Part shown: piece by piece, positions 48,658 to 62,700 of the stretch
How positions within the stretch are numbered: position 1 is the first letter of the stretch
Layout: each line of letters starts with the position of its first letter
Source: an uncultured delta proteobacterium
GTDB lineage: Bacteria; Myxococcota_A; UBA9160; SZUA-336
Direction: 5' to 3'
Length of the DNA stretch: 64,000 bases
NCBI GenBank assembly: GCA_963704165.1
Contig: CAVPHD010000005.1
Coordinates: 64,001-128,000 of the forward strand
Notes under the pieces: generated by a model
Told to the model about the DNA's origin: nothing
What the model saw: only the letters and a program-made list of their open reading frames with translations
Databases searched by the model: none
Position numbers and translations under genes: made by a program

Positions 48658-50157
48658 TCACGCTTTGTTCGCGAGCGCTCCGGCCAGTCGGCGCAATCCC
48701 TCCCGACAGGATTGGCGCACGGCGGGGTCCCCCCGGTGTTCGTGTCTCCGCAGCGCCTGCAGCGCGGGAACCCCGCCGATCTGGGTGATCGCCTGCGCAG
48801 AGGCCACCCGCAGCCCGCGAAATCGAGAGGCTCGGAGGAACGGCGCGCGGTCGAGAATCTGCGACAACGCGGTGATGGCCGCGGGATTGCCGATTCGGCC
48901 GAGGCTGTGAATCGCGGCCCGGCGCACGCTCTCCGCGCGATGTTGCCGTTCGTCGATGACCTCGTACAGCGCCGGAAGCGCCTCGGGCCGACGCAGGCCT
49001 CCGAGGCAGCCCGCGCAAGCCTCCGCGATCTCATCGCCCGCCCGAAGGCCGTCGACCAGCGCCTTCAGTGCGCCATCGTCGCCGATTCGAGCCAGCGCCA
49101 GAGCTGCCTCGCGGCCGAGCGACGCGTCGGGCCCCGCGAGGGCGTCGGCCAGGAAGCTGACGCCTCTTGGGTTCTGCATCTCGCCGAGCAGGCGCGCGGC
49201 GCGGCGCGCGCGTTCCGGCTGCTGCGCGGCGAGCTCATCCACGACCTGTGCGAGGGCGTCGTCGCCGAGCGCGATCAGGAGCTGCGTCACGCGGGCGCGC
49301 GACGCGTCCTTGCGGCTCTCCAGCTGACGGAGCAGGCGCGGCACGGCGATCGTTCCGATCGCGATCAGGACCTGGCTCGCCTGCACGCTCGCCAGGCCCG
49401 AATTCCCGCACGCCTGCTCGACGACGGCATCGAGCAGGTCGTCCTTGCGGCCGAGCCGACCGAGTCGGTCCAATGCCTCCCGGCGAATCGAATCGGGGCG
49501 ATGATGACGATCGGTCGCGTGCCGGGCGAGCACGAGCGCCGCGCGATACGCCTCCATGCTGCGCTTGGCGCGCACGAGCACGTCCACCGACGCCTCGATC
49601 TTGTTCGCGGTCAGGTTGTAGCTCGCGACGTCGTCACAGGTTTCGAGCTCCGAGAGGTGTCGGACGAGGTTGGCAATGTGCTGGGTCAGGAACGCGTTCG
49701 ATTCCGTGCTCGCCGATGCGTCGCCGTTCGGCTTGCGTTCGACCGCCTCGATCGTGCGTGTCCCTGCGGTTCGCAGCGCGCCGGGCAGACCGCCCTGATG
49801 CGCGAGCACCTCGGGTTCTCGCGCGAGCGCCTCGATCACGATCTCGAACTCGGCCGCCGTCGGATCGCCGCAGAAGCGCAAGCGTTGCAGCCGACGCACG
49901 CGCATCTCGTCTGCGAACTCACCCGCACCGGGTCCCGAGATCGGCACGTCGCCGTCGAGCACGAGCCCCGCGTCGCCGACTTCGAGCGCAAACTCGCGCG
50001 CGCTTGCGGGGAGGGCGCGACTCGCCGATTCGCAGCGCTGCACCGCCTCTGTGACGATCGGATGCGTCGGCGGGTGCACGCGCCGGGCGCGGATCGCGCG
50101 CGTCAGCTCGAACACGAGCGGCGCGACGTCTCGTGAGGTCGCTCTTCCCGTTTGCAT
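48658..50157 (-). CDS. HEAT-repeat protein
   Basis: Repeated 'R.AA..LG..G' helical units in the C-terminal half. Confidence 0.8.
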   Translation of the reverse strand: MQTGRATSRDVAPLVFELTRAIRARRVHPPTHPIVTEAVQRCESASRALPASAREFALEVGDAGLVLDGDVPISGPGAGEFADEMRVRRLQRLRFCGDPTAAEFEIVIEALAREPEVLAHQGGLPGALRTAGTRTIEAVERKPNGDASASTESNAFLTQHIANLVRHLSELETCDDVASYNLTANKIEASVDVLVRAKRSMEAYRAALVLARHATDRHHRPDSIRREALDRLGRLGRKDDLLDAVVEQACGNSGLASVQASQVLIAIGTIAVPRLLRQLESRKDASRARVTQLLIALGDDALAQVVDELAAQQPERARRAARLLGEMQNPRGVSFLADALAGPDASLGREAALALARIGDDGALKALVDGLRAGDEIAEACAGCLGGLRRPEALPALYEVIDERQHRAESVRRAAIHSLGRIGNPAAITALSQILDRAPFLRASRFRGLRVASAQAITQIGGVPALQALRRHEHRGDPAVRQSCREGLRRLAGALANKA

Positions 50158-50278
50158 CGCTCCCCTCGAATCGCAGGATCGGCCGGCGCGACGCCCCGCT
50201 TGAGCGGGGAGCTGCCGCTCGCTGAGAGTTCTGCTCCCAGCTGGCGGAGCTATCGAGTTTCGCTATTCATTCGTCTTC

Positions 50279-50307
50279 TTGACGCCCAGATCGACGCGGC
50301 CTAGGAT
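50279..50307 (+). promoter_or_regulatory. Putative sigma70 promoter of pgpA-cinA-thpR-recA
   Basis: TTGACG-17 bp-TAGGAT, about 30 bp upstream of pgpA. Confidence 0.6.
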
Positions 50308-50338
50308 CGGCAAAGGATCCAGAAGTGCTTGAATTTCA

Positions 50339-50803
50339 ATGAGAATATTCATTCTCGCGATCGCCACGGGGGCTGGGTCGGGGTATGCACCGATCGCTTC
50401 CGGGACGTTCGGCTCGGCCGTTGGGCTGCTGCTTTGGTGGGCGATCGCGGGATCGGGTCCGGTTCTCTACGGGGTCGCGCTCCTGATCGTGGTGCTGATC
50501 GGGATCTGGGCCGCCAACCGGGCGCAGGCGATCTTCCGGCGCCACGATGACGGCCGCATCACGATCGACGAAGTCGCTGGAATGCTGCTCTCGCTCTTCT
50601 GGCTGCCCGCACGTCCGGAGGTCGTGGCGGCCGGTTTCTTGTTGTTCCGCCTCTTCGACATCTGGAAGCCCGAGCCCGCCCGTGCCGCGGAGCGGCTTCC
50701 CGGGGGCGTCGGCGTGATGGCGGACGACCTCGTCGCCGGCCTGTACGCGAACCTCGCTGGACAGCTGCTCTGGCGCGTGATCTTCGCGGAGAGCTCCGCG
50801 TGA
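50339..50803 (+). CDS. pgpA: Phosphatidylglycerophosphatase A
   Basis: 'ASGTFGS', 'IDEVAG', 'FRLFDIWKP' and 'GVMADDLVAG'. Confidence 0.95.
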   Translation: MRIFILAIATGAGSGYAPIASGTFGSAVGLLLWWAIAGSGPVLYGVALLIVVLIGIWAANRAQAIFRRHDDGRITIDEVAGMLLSLFWLPARPEVVAAGFLLFRLFDIWKPEPARAAERLPGGVGVMADDLVAGLYANLAGQLLWRVIFAESSA

Positions 50804-52135
50804 GTACTCGGCAGGCGCGCGACGCGGTCTGGGTGCTCACGATCGGCGACGAGCTCCTGCGGGGCGAGATCGTCGACTCCAACAAGTCGCACCTCTCGGA
50901 GCGCATGCTGGCGCTCGACCTCGAGACCGCGCGCCACGTGAGCGTTCCCGACGACCCCGCGGCGATCGAAGAGGTCCTGCGCGAATCGGCGTCGCGCGCG
51001 CGCGTGGTGCTCGTCTCGGGCGGGCTCGGGCCGACGCGGGACGACATCTCCACCGAGGTCGCCGCGCGAACCTTCGGACGAAAGCTCTACCGCGACGCAA
51101 GCCGCGCTCGAGCAGATTCGCGTGTTCTTCCGGCGCTTCAATCGCGAGATGGCCGAGAACAACGCGAAGCAGGCCGACTTCCCCGAGGGCGCCGTCGTGC
51201 TCCCGAACCCGCTCGGCACCGCGCCGGGGTTCATGCTCGAAGTGCCCGATGCCGCGAGCGGCGAGCTCACGCAGCTGTTCTTCATGCCCGGTGTGCCGCG
51301 CGAGCTCTACCGAATGCTCGACGAGGAAGTCGTGCCGCGCATCGGCGCGCGACTCGGCCGGGGTCGAGTGGTCCGCGCGCGCCTTCTGCGCACGTTCGGG
51401 ATCGGTGAATCGAATCTCGACCGCATCCTTCACGATCTGGCGAGGAGCGATTCCGACGCCGTACTCGGCTTCCGCACGCAGTTCCCCGACAATCTCGTCC
51501 GCATCCTCGTGCGGGCAGGCGACGAGGCCGGCGCTCTGCGAAGACTCGACCAGATCGAGGCGGAGATCCGCGCGAGGCTCGGAGATCTCGTGCTCGGCGT
51601 CGGCGAGCGTGGGCTCGAGGCGATCGTCGCGGAGGTCCTGCTCGAGAAGAAGCTGACGATCGCCGTCGCCGAATCCCTCACGGGCGGGCTCGTGACGAGC
51701 CGGCTCACGGACGTGCCCGGGAGCTCCGCCTACCTTCTGGCGTCGTTCGTCACCTATGCCAACGATGCGAAGGTGCGCGAGCTCGGCGTGGATCCGGATG
51801 CAATCGCACAACACGGTGCAGTGTCGGAGGTCGTCGCGCGTCAGATGGCGGATGGGGCACGGCGCAGAGCCGGCGCCGATCTCGGCCTGGCCACGACCGG
51901 GGTCGCGGGTCCGGACGGTGGCTCGCCGGAGAAGCCCGTCGGAACGCTCTGGTTGGCCCTCGCCGACGCGAGCGGCACGATCGCGCAGCGCTATCAGCTG
52001 ATGACGGAGCGCCGCCACAACAAGGAGCTCGCGAGCCAGCTCGCGCTCGACTGGGTGCGCCGGCGCCTGCTCGGCCTTCCGATCACGGCGGACATGTTTC
52101 CGCGCCTTTCCGGCGCGGGGGCGAAGGGCGCGTGA
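50800..52135 (+). CDS. cinA: Competence/damage-inducible protein CinA (MCD + PncC domains); frameshift near 51099
   Basis: 'IGDELLRGEIVDSN', 'SGGLGPTRDD', 'GTAPG', 'AESLTGG', 'HGAVS' and 'TGVAGP'. Confidence 0.93.
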
Positions 52136-52731
52136 GCGATCTGCTGCGCACGTTCTTCGCGATCGATCTCCCCGCCGACGCGCGCGCGCGCGCTGCCGAG
52201 GCGACCGGGCGCCTGCAGGCGGTGGCGCCCCGGGGCGTGCGCTGGATGACCCTCGACAGCCTCCACCTGACGCTGAAGTTCCTCGGCGAGATCCCCGAGG
52301 AAGGCATTCCTCGTCTGATCGCGCGAGCGCACGCGAAGCTGGCGATGGAGCCCACCTTCGAGGTCGAGCTCGCGGGTTTCGGTGCGTTTCCGAACGGGCG
52401 CGAAGCGCGAACCGTCTGGCTCGGAGTCCGCCAGGGCGCATCGGCGCTCGCACGGCTCGCGCGAAAGCTCGACGCCGCGGCCCGCGTCGTGGGCGCAGAG
52501 CGCGAGCGCCGGCCCTTCGAGCCGCATCTCACGCTCGGGCGCACGCGCGATCCGCTCCGAATCGACCTCGAGCGCGCCGCCGCGACGGAACCTGTCGCCT
52601 GGACGGTTTCCGAAGTCATACTCTACGAGAGCCGCCTGCCTGCCGGCGGCGCTCGGTTCGTTCCCCTGGCGCGTTTCCCGCTCGGAGCGGGGATCGACGC
52701 TGATTTCGCCGAATTCGCCCCAGAGACGTAG
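52132..52731 (+). CDS. thpR: RNA 2',3'-cyclic phosphodiesterase (2H phosphoesterase)
   Basis: Two HxT motifs: 'LHLTLKFLGE' and 'PHLTLGR'. Confidence 0.93.
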   Translation: MSDLLRTFFAIDLPADARARAAEATGRLQAVAPRGVRWMTLDSLHLTLKFLGEIPEEGIPRLIARAHAKLAMEPTFEVELAGFGAFPNGREARTVWLGVRQGASALARLARKLDAAARVVGAERERRPFEPHLTLGRTRDPLRIDLERAAATEPVAWTVSEVILYESRLPAGGARFVPLARFPLGAGIDADFAEFAPET

Positions 52732-52740
52732 GAGAGAACG

Positions 52741-53811
<1,071 letters not shown>

Positions 53812-53901
53812 GTTCCGGAGAGCCCTCAAGAACGGAACCGGCCGAGACGATCCACCCGCAAGTACCGCTTGCAACCATGCGAGCGTCGAGGCTTGGCGGG
53901 A

Positions 53902-55074
53902 ATGGAACTCAACGACATCTTGACGATCGCGATCAAGGGCTTGGCTTCGGACATCCATCTGAAGGCCGGCCTGCCGCCGCTCTTCCGCGTCGATGGAGCT
54001 CTGGTTCCGCTGAAGAACGGCGAGCGGCTGACGCCGGAGCAGCTGCACGGCATCGCGTCCTCGATCATGACACCGGGCCAGAAGGCCCATTTCGACAAGC
54101 ACCACGAAGTCGATCTCGCCTACTCGATCGCCGGTCTGGGCCGGTTCCGCGTGAACGCGTTCATGCAGCGCGGCACGGTCGGGATCGTCTTTCGCGTGAT
54201 CCCGTTCGGCGTGAAGACGATCGAGCAGCTCGTCATGCCCAAGGTCGTCGAGCGGGTCGCGATGGAACCCCGCGGGCTGGTGCTCGTGACCGGCACGACC
54301 GGATCCGGAAAGTCGACCACGCTCGCCGCCATGATCGACTACATCAACACGAACCGGACCTGCCACATCATCACGATCGAGGACCCGATCGAGTTCCTGA
54401 TCCGCGACAAGCGCTCGATCGTGAACCAGCGCGAGATCGGCGTGGACACCAACAGCTTCGCAACCGCGCTGCGCGCTGCGCTTCGTCAGGATCCGGACGT
54501 GATCCTGGTCGGCGAGATGCGCGACTTCGAGACGATCGAGACCGCGCTCATGGCGGCCGAGACCGGGCACCTGGTCATGTCGACGCTGCACACGATCGAC
54601 GCCGCCGAGACCATCACGCGCATCGTCTCGGTGTTTCCGCCGCATCAGCAGCCGCAGATCCGGCTACAGCTCGCGAGCATCATCAAGGGCGTGATCAGCC
54701 AGCGGCTGGTACCCCGGGCGGACGGCAAGGGCCGCGTTCCCGCCGTCGAGATCCTGGTCGCATCGGCGCGCGTGCGCGAGTGCATCGCCGACCCCGAGAT
54801 GACCAAGGAGCTGAACGACGCGATCGCCAAGGGTTTCACCACCTACGGCATGCAGAGCTTCGACCAGTCGCTGATGCAACACGTGAAGGCGGGGCGTGTC
54901 TCGTACGAAGAGGCCCTGCAGCACGTGTCCAACGCCGACGACTTCGCGCTGCGTTTCAAGGGCATCTCCGGCACCTCCGACAGCTCCTGGGACGATTTCG
55001 ACAAGGAGCAGGCCGAGAAGTCGATCGAGCTCAACGAGCAAGCCGACGACGACCTGAAGCTCGACCGCTTCTGA
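53902..55074 (+). CDS. pilT: PilT/PilU family pilus retraction ATPase
   Basis: 'ASDIHL', GTTGSGKST, 'TIEDPIE', '[14 protein letters not shown]', '[10 protein letters not shown]' and 'GMQSFDQ'. Confidence 0.93.
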   Translation: MELNDILTIAIKGLASDIHLKAGLPPLFRVDGALVPLKNGERLTPEQLHGIASSIMTPGQKAHFDKHHEVDLAYSIAGLGRFRVNAFMQRGTVGIVFRVIPFGVKTIEQLVMPKVVERVAMEPRGLVLVTGTTGSGKSTTLAAMIDYINTNRTCHIITIEDPIEFLIRDKRSIVNQREIGVDTNSFATALRAALRQDPDVILVGEMRDFETIETALMAAETGHLVMSTLHTIDAAETITRIVSVFPPHQQPQIRLQLASIIKGVISQRLVPRADGKGRVPAVEILVASARVRECIADPEMTKELNDAIAKGFTTYGMQSFDQSLMQHVKAGRVSYEEALQHVSNADDFALRFKGISGTSDSSWDDFDKEQAEKSIELNEQADDDLKLDRF

Positions 55075-55136
55075 TCCGCGGCTGACGCCGCCCGACAGCC
55101 CTGCCCCTCGAAGGCGGCGCTGATACCATGTCGCGG

Positions 55137-57770
<2,634 letters not shown>

Positions 57771-57876
57771 CCCCCCGCATTCGCATCGGATCTGCCCTTC
57801 GGGCCAGCGCCACGTGGGTACGGGATTCGCCACTTCCTGTAGAGTGCGGCTTCGCCGTGGCCCACAGGGAGTAGCG

Positions 57877-59781
57877 ATGAGCGTGCGCAGCAAGGCTCGG
57901 ACGCTTGCGATCCTACTCGCCGTTCTGGCGCTTCCGATGCAGGGTCGCGCCAGCTTCGACCCGACCGATCCCCCGGCGGGTGCGCACACGCAGACCGAGG
58001 GCCCGCGGTACTGGGTCGGCGAGATCGAGGTCCGCTACGCCGAAGATCACCCGCTGCATCCACCGGTCGATCTCGTCCGCTCGGGACAGTACGCGCTCGG
58101 TCAGACCTCGGACGGATTCGTCGGCGCGCGCCGGGGCGGGGACAACTACTGGTTCGTGATGAGCGATCTCGGCATCGAGGGCGCGGAGCCCGTCTACGCG
58201 ACCGGTGTGCGGGATCTCTGCGAGCAGATCGTGGGCGAACTCGGCCAACGGGGACTGATCGGCGTCTACGTCGCGCCCGACCCCGCGCAGATCGATCCCG
58301 ATACCGGTGCGGATCTGCGCGGCGACGACACCCTCCTCAGCCTCGTCATCCACACCGGGCGGGTGCGCGCCGTGCGCACGTTCACTGCGGGCCAGGCCGC
58401 CGCACCCGGCGCGGCGGCGATCGCGAGCGAGTCCCCAGGCTACGAGCAGATTGCCGAGCGCTCTCCGCTGCAGCCGGTCGGCGCGGGCGATCCGCTCGCG
58501 AAGCCGAAGCTCGATGCCTACGTCGCGACCTTGAACCGCCTGCCGGGCCGCGTCGTCGATGTGGTGATCACGCCGACGCTGACGCCGGGCGTCGTCAATC
58601 TCGACTACCTCGTCTCCGAGGACAAACCGTGGACGATCTCGAGCTCGATTTCCAACACGGGCACGCAACAGACCGGCTATTCACGTCAGCGCTTCAGCTA
58701 CGCGAACTACCAGCTCACCGGTCGCGACGACGTGCTCTTGCTCGATTACCTCACCGGGAACTTCGACGAGGTCAATGCGGTGTTGGGCTCGTACGAGACG
58801 AGCCTGCCGTTTTCGTACGACCTGCGCGCGCGCGCGACCGGGTCCTTCAGCGAGTACGCCGCCGATCAGTTCGGCCAGAACGACGCGTTCACGGGTGAGC
58901 AGTACGAGATCGGCGGCACGCTGATCGCGAGCCTGGTTCGACGGCCGGGGCTCTTCCTCGACACGAGCCTCGGCGCGCGCTGGATGCAGATCGACGTCAC
59001 GAACTTCAGCACCGACGCGAGCATGCCGTTCTTCGTGCCCGAGCTCGCCCTCGCGCTCGAGCGCGTACGCTCGACGTCGCGGGTGATCGGGCGCCTGGGC
59101 CTCGAGCAGAGCGTCCCGGCCATCGCCGGAACGAACTCGAACGACATCGACGAGTTCTCCCAAGCGGGTCGCAGCGACGTCGACGAGAGCTGGCGCCTGA
59201 TCTCGCTCGACGTGCGCGGCTCGTTCTTTCTGCGGCCGTGGCTGCGAAGCGTGCCGGTCCGCGCCGGACGCGCGCTTCGCCCGCGCGAGCTCGTGCACGA
59301 GCTCGCATGGCGGCTCGGCGGTCAGTACTCGCTCGGCACGCGTCTGATCCCACAGGTCGAAGGCGTGCTCGGTGGTCCGGGAACCGTGCGCGGCTATCCG
59401 CAGGCGATCGCTTCGGGCGACTCGCTGCTCGGCGGAAGCGTCGAGTACCGCTTCCACCTGCCCCTCGCGCTGAGCGCCGTCGTGCCCTGGGATCTGCCGC
59501 TGATCGGCGAGTTCCGTCCGGCGCCCGACTCCTTCCAGCGCCTGCCGGACTGGGACTTCGTGATCGCGACGTTCTTCGACTACGGCCGGACCTGGAACGA
59601 GAACGCGGTTCCCGGCGAGGAGGACGCGACGCTGGCCTCGCTCGGCCTGGGCCTCGAGGTGGTGGTGCGACAGAACTTCTCCGTACGTTTCGACTACGGA
59701 TTCGCACTCAGCGACGTGGATTCGGCGGACGTCGAGTCGGGCCATACCGAGGCGAACTTCGCAGCGACGGTGCGGTACTAG
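57877..59781 (+). CDS. Two-partner secretion transporter TpsB (ShlB/FhaC family)
   Basis: Signal peptide, POTRA-like region, 'SNTGT..TG', the 'VRGY' lid motif and beta-barrel C-terminus. Confidence 0.9.
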   Translation: MSVRSKARTLAILLAVLALPMQGRASFDPTDPPAGAHTQTEGPRYWVGEIEVRYAEDHPLHPPVDLVRSGQYALGQTSDGFVGARRGGDNYWFVMSDLGIEGAEPVYATGVRDLCEQIVGELGQRGLIGVYVAPDPAQIDPDTGADLRGDDTLLSLVIHTGRVRAVRTFTAGQAAAPGAAAIASESPGYEQIAERSPLQPVGAGDPLAKPKLDAYVATLNRLPGRVVDVVITPTLTPGVVNLDYLVSEDKPWTISSSISNTGTQQTGYSRQRFSYANYQLTGRDDVLLLDYLTGNFDEVNAVLGSYETSLPFSYDLRARATGSFSEYAADQFGQNDAFTGEQYEIGGTLIASLVRRPGLFLDTSLGARWMQIDVTNFSTDASMPFFVPELALALERVRSTSRVIGRLGLEQSVPAIAGTNSNDIDEFSQAGRSDVDESWRLISLDVRGSFFLRPWLRSVPVRAGRALRPRELVHELAWRLGGQYSLGTRLIPQVEGVLGGPGTVRGYPQAIASGDSLLGGSVEYRFHLPLALSAVVPWDLPLIGEFRPAPDSFQRLPDWDFVIATFFDYGRTWNENAVPGEEDATLASLGLGLEVVVRQNFSVRFDYGFALSDVDSADVESGHTEANFAATVRY

Positions 59782-59784
59782 AAC

Positions 59785-62700
59785 ATGAAGAACTCATCGA
59801 GATTCCTCGGACTCTTCGCGCGCGACGCGCTGATCTCCACCCTGGTCGCGGCGATCGCGCTCGGACCGGCCGCGACGCCGGCTTTTGCCGGACCGCAGGG
59901 CGAGCGGGTCCGACGCGGCGACGTGAGCTTCGATCACGTCGAGGGCAGCTCGAGCTGGGTGATTCACGCATCCGACGGCAGCGTCATCGAGTACGACAGC
60001 CTCGACATCGCGATCGGCGAGGCCGTGCAGTTCATGCAGACGCGCAACGGCGAGCTCAACGCGGACGCGCGCGTGCTGAACCGGATCCTCGGCTCCGCGC
60101 CGACGCAGATCCGCGGCTCGCTCACCGGCAACGGCCACATCTACATCGTGAACCCCGCCGGCGTGTACTTCCACGACGGTGCGACGGTGAACGCGAACGC
60201 GATCCACGCCGCGGGCGGTCACTTGTCGGACACCGACTTCGAGGCCGGCGTCGATCACTACACGGGCGTGACGGGAAACATCGAGAACGCCACCGAAATC
60301 CTCGCGCGGGCCGTCAGCCTGGTCGGCGCGGAAGTCGTGAACTCCGGGAGCGTCATCGCGGAGGACGGTTGGATCGTGATCGCCGCGGGGAACGACGTGA
60401 TCATCGGCCGCGAAGACGCCGCATCGGGCGGGCGCGGCTTTCTGCTTCGGGTCGAGGGCGCGTCGGGATCCGTCTTCGACGCGGCCGCGACCGGGGTGAC
60501 GAACACCGGCACGCTCGACGCGAGCGCGGGCGCAGGCGGCACCGTGCGCATCGGCGCGGGTGATCTCTACGGCACGGCGATCTTCAGCAGCGACGCCATT
60601 CGCGCTCGCGAGATCGCGCTCGCAGCCGGGAATCGCGGCGACGTCGCCCTCGCGGGCGAGGTGAGTGCCGAGAAGCTCGACGTCTCCTTCACCGGATCCA
60701 CGGCGACGGGTGCGCTGCGGACGGCCGGAGCCGCGAACGAGACCGTGACCGTGCGCGCCGACGAGCTGAAACTCTCGGCGACCGGAAACTCGAGCGCGCA
60801 GATTCGCGTCGGCGACGAGTTCGCGTTCCGAAGCAAGGATGACGCTGCGCTGGGCCCGGACAGCGTGGCGCTCGAGCAGACCGCCACGATCGCGAGCTCC
60901 GCACTCGGCGCGCTCGACATCGGCACGGCTGCCGCGGGCACTCCGCGGAGCTTCGCGCTGCGCTCGACCGCTGGTGACGTGGTCATCGACGACAAGACCG
61001 TCGTCGCCGGCAGTCACCTCGCGCTCGCCGGTGCCCTCGCCGACATCCGCGGCACCGACGCGCTCGACGTGGCGTCGCTCGCGGTCACGGGCGCCACGCC
61101 CCTGTCCGGCGGCGATGCGACCTCGGAAGGGGATCTGGTCGCGAGCGCGGGGGGCATCTCCGTGACCGGAAACCTCCAGCTCGTCACGAAGCCGACCGCG
61201 AACAATGCACCCGCGATCGAGATGCTCGTCTCCGCGCACGACGGGACGCTCGACGTCGATGGAAACCTGAGCACCAGCGCCGGGGGTCCGCTGCGCATCG
61301 AGGCGCGCAACGTCGATGTCGGATCGACGACCGAGGTCGGTCAGGCCGTGGGCGGAGCGATCAGGACGAGCGGCGACGTGACGATCGGCTTCACGGATTC
61401 CGGCGGTGCGCAGCAGACGCAGACCGTGAAGGCGCGGACGATCGACACGCGCGGCGCGAGCGGCGTGCAGGGCGGCAATGTCGGCGTGGCCGCGATCGGC
61501 GACGTGGCGATCGGCTCGGTCGCGACCAACGGCGGCGCGGCGAGGTCGGCCTCGCAGCCGAACTTCGACGGCGGCTCGGTCAGCTTGCGAACCGACGGGA
61601 AGCTCGCGGTCGGAGCGATCACGACCGGCGGCGCGGGTACCGCGGGCCGCGCCGCGATCGACCTCGCAGGCGGCACGGTGGTGCTCACCGGTGCCCTCGA
61701 CGCGACGGGCGGCCAGGTCGGAAACGCCGACCACGCGCGCGACCGTGCGGTGAGCATCGAGGCGGACGAGATCCGACTCGGGGCGGGCGCGGTGACCGTC
61801 GCCGGCAGCGATGTCGATCTCGGTGGCGCGATTCGCGGCATCGACGTGGTTCCAGCGACGGATCCGCCGACCACGCTTCGTTCCGATCTCGCGATTCGTG
61901 CGAGCGGAGCTACGCGCCTGCACTCGACCGCAGACGTGCGTTCGCTCTCGATCGCGAGCGCGGGAACATCCGTCGTGCTCGGCGGCGACGTCACGGCCGA
62001 CACCACGGTCGCGATCGCGTTCGACACCGCCGGTCTCGGCACGATCTCGAACGCCGGAGCTCCCGTCACCGTCAGCGCGAACCGCGTCGAGCTCGCGGCA
62101 TCGAACTCGAGCGCTTCGAATGGCCGCAGCGCACAGGTCGCTCTCGGCGATGGCATCGACTTCGAGCTCGCCCCGATCGCCGCCACCGAAGACACTGCGG
62201 AGAAGGTCGCCGCTCTCGTGCTCGACCAGGACGGTGCGATCGACAGCACCACCGTATCGCGACTTGCGGACGCGGCTCGGCCCGACACGGACCCCGTCCC
62301 CGACCTCAGGCTCGAGCTCCGCTCGAACGACGCGGTCACGCTCGATGCCACCGCGCGCGCGGACGTGAGCGGCACGGACCTGCTGATCGACTCGAGGAGC
62401 TTCTCGGCGACGGGCGCGACGCAGGCGGCGAGCGACTTCGAGCTCTCCTCATTGGATCTGTCGACGCAGGACGCGCTCGACGTCGATTTCGGCGTCACCG
62501 CCGAGAGCGTGCGTCTCGCGGGCGGCAGCAGCGGAGTGGGTGATCTCACGCTCGGCTCCGAGCTTCGCGCGGACACGATCGCGCTCGTCGCCGGCGACGA
62601 CACGGGCGGCGGCGGTGACGACGCTCGAGTGGTGATCGATCCGAGCGCGAGCCTGCGCAGTCTGTCGAGCCCGAGCGCTCGCCCGACCCGCGTCGATCTG

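Noticed and set aside
50158..50338. LexA/SOS box upstream of the recA operon
   Set aside because: No convincing palindrome or direct repeat matching a LexA motif I know.
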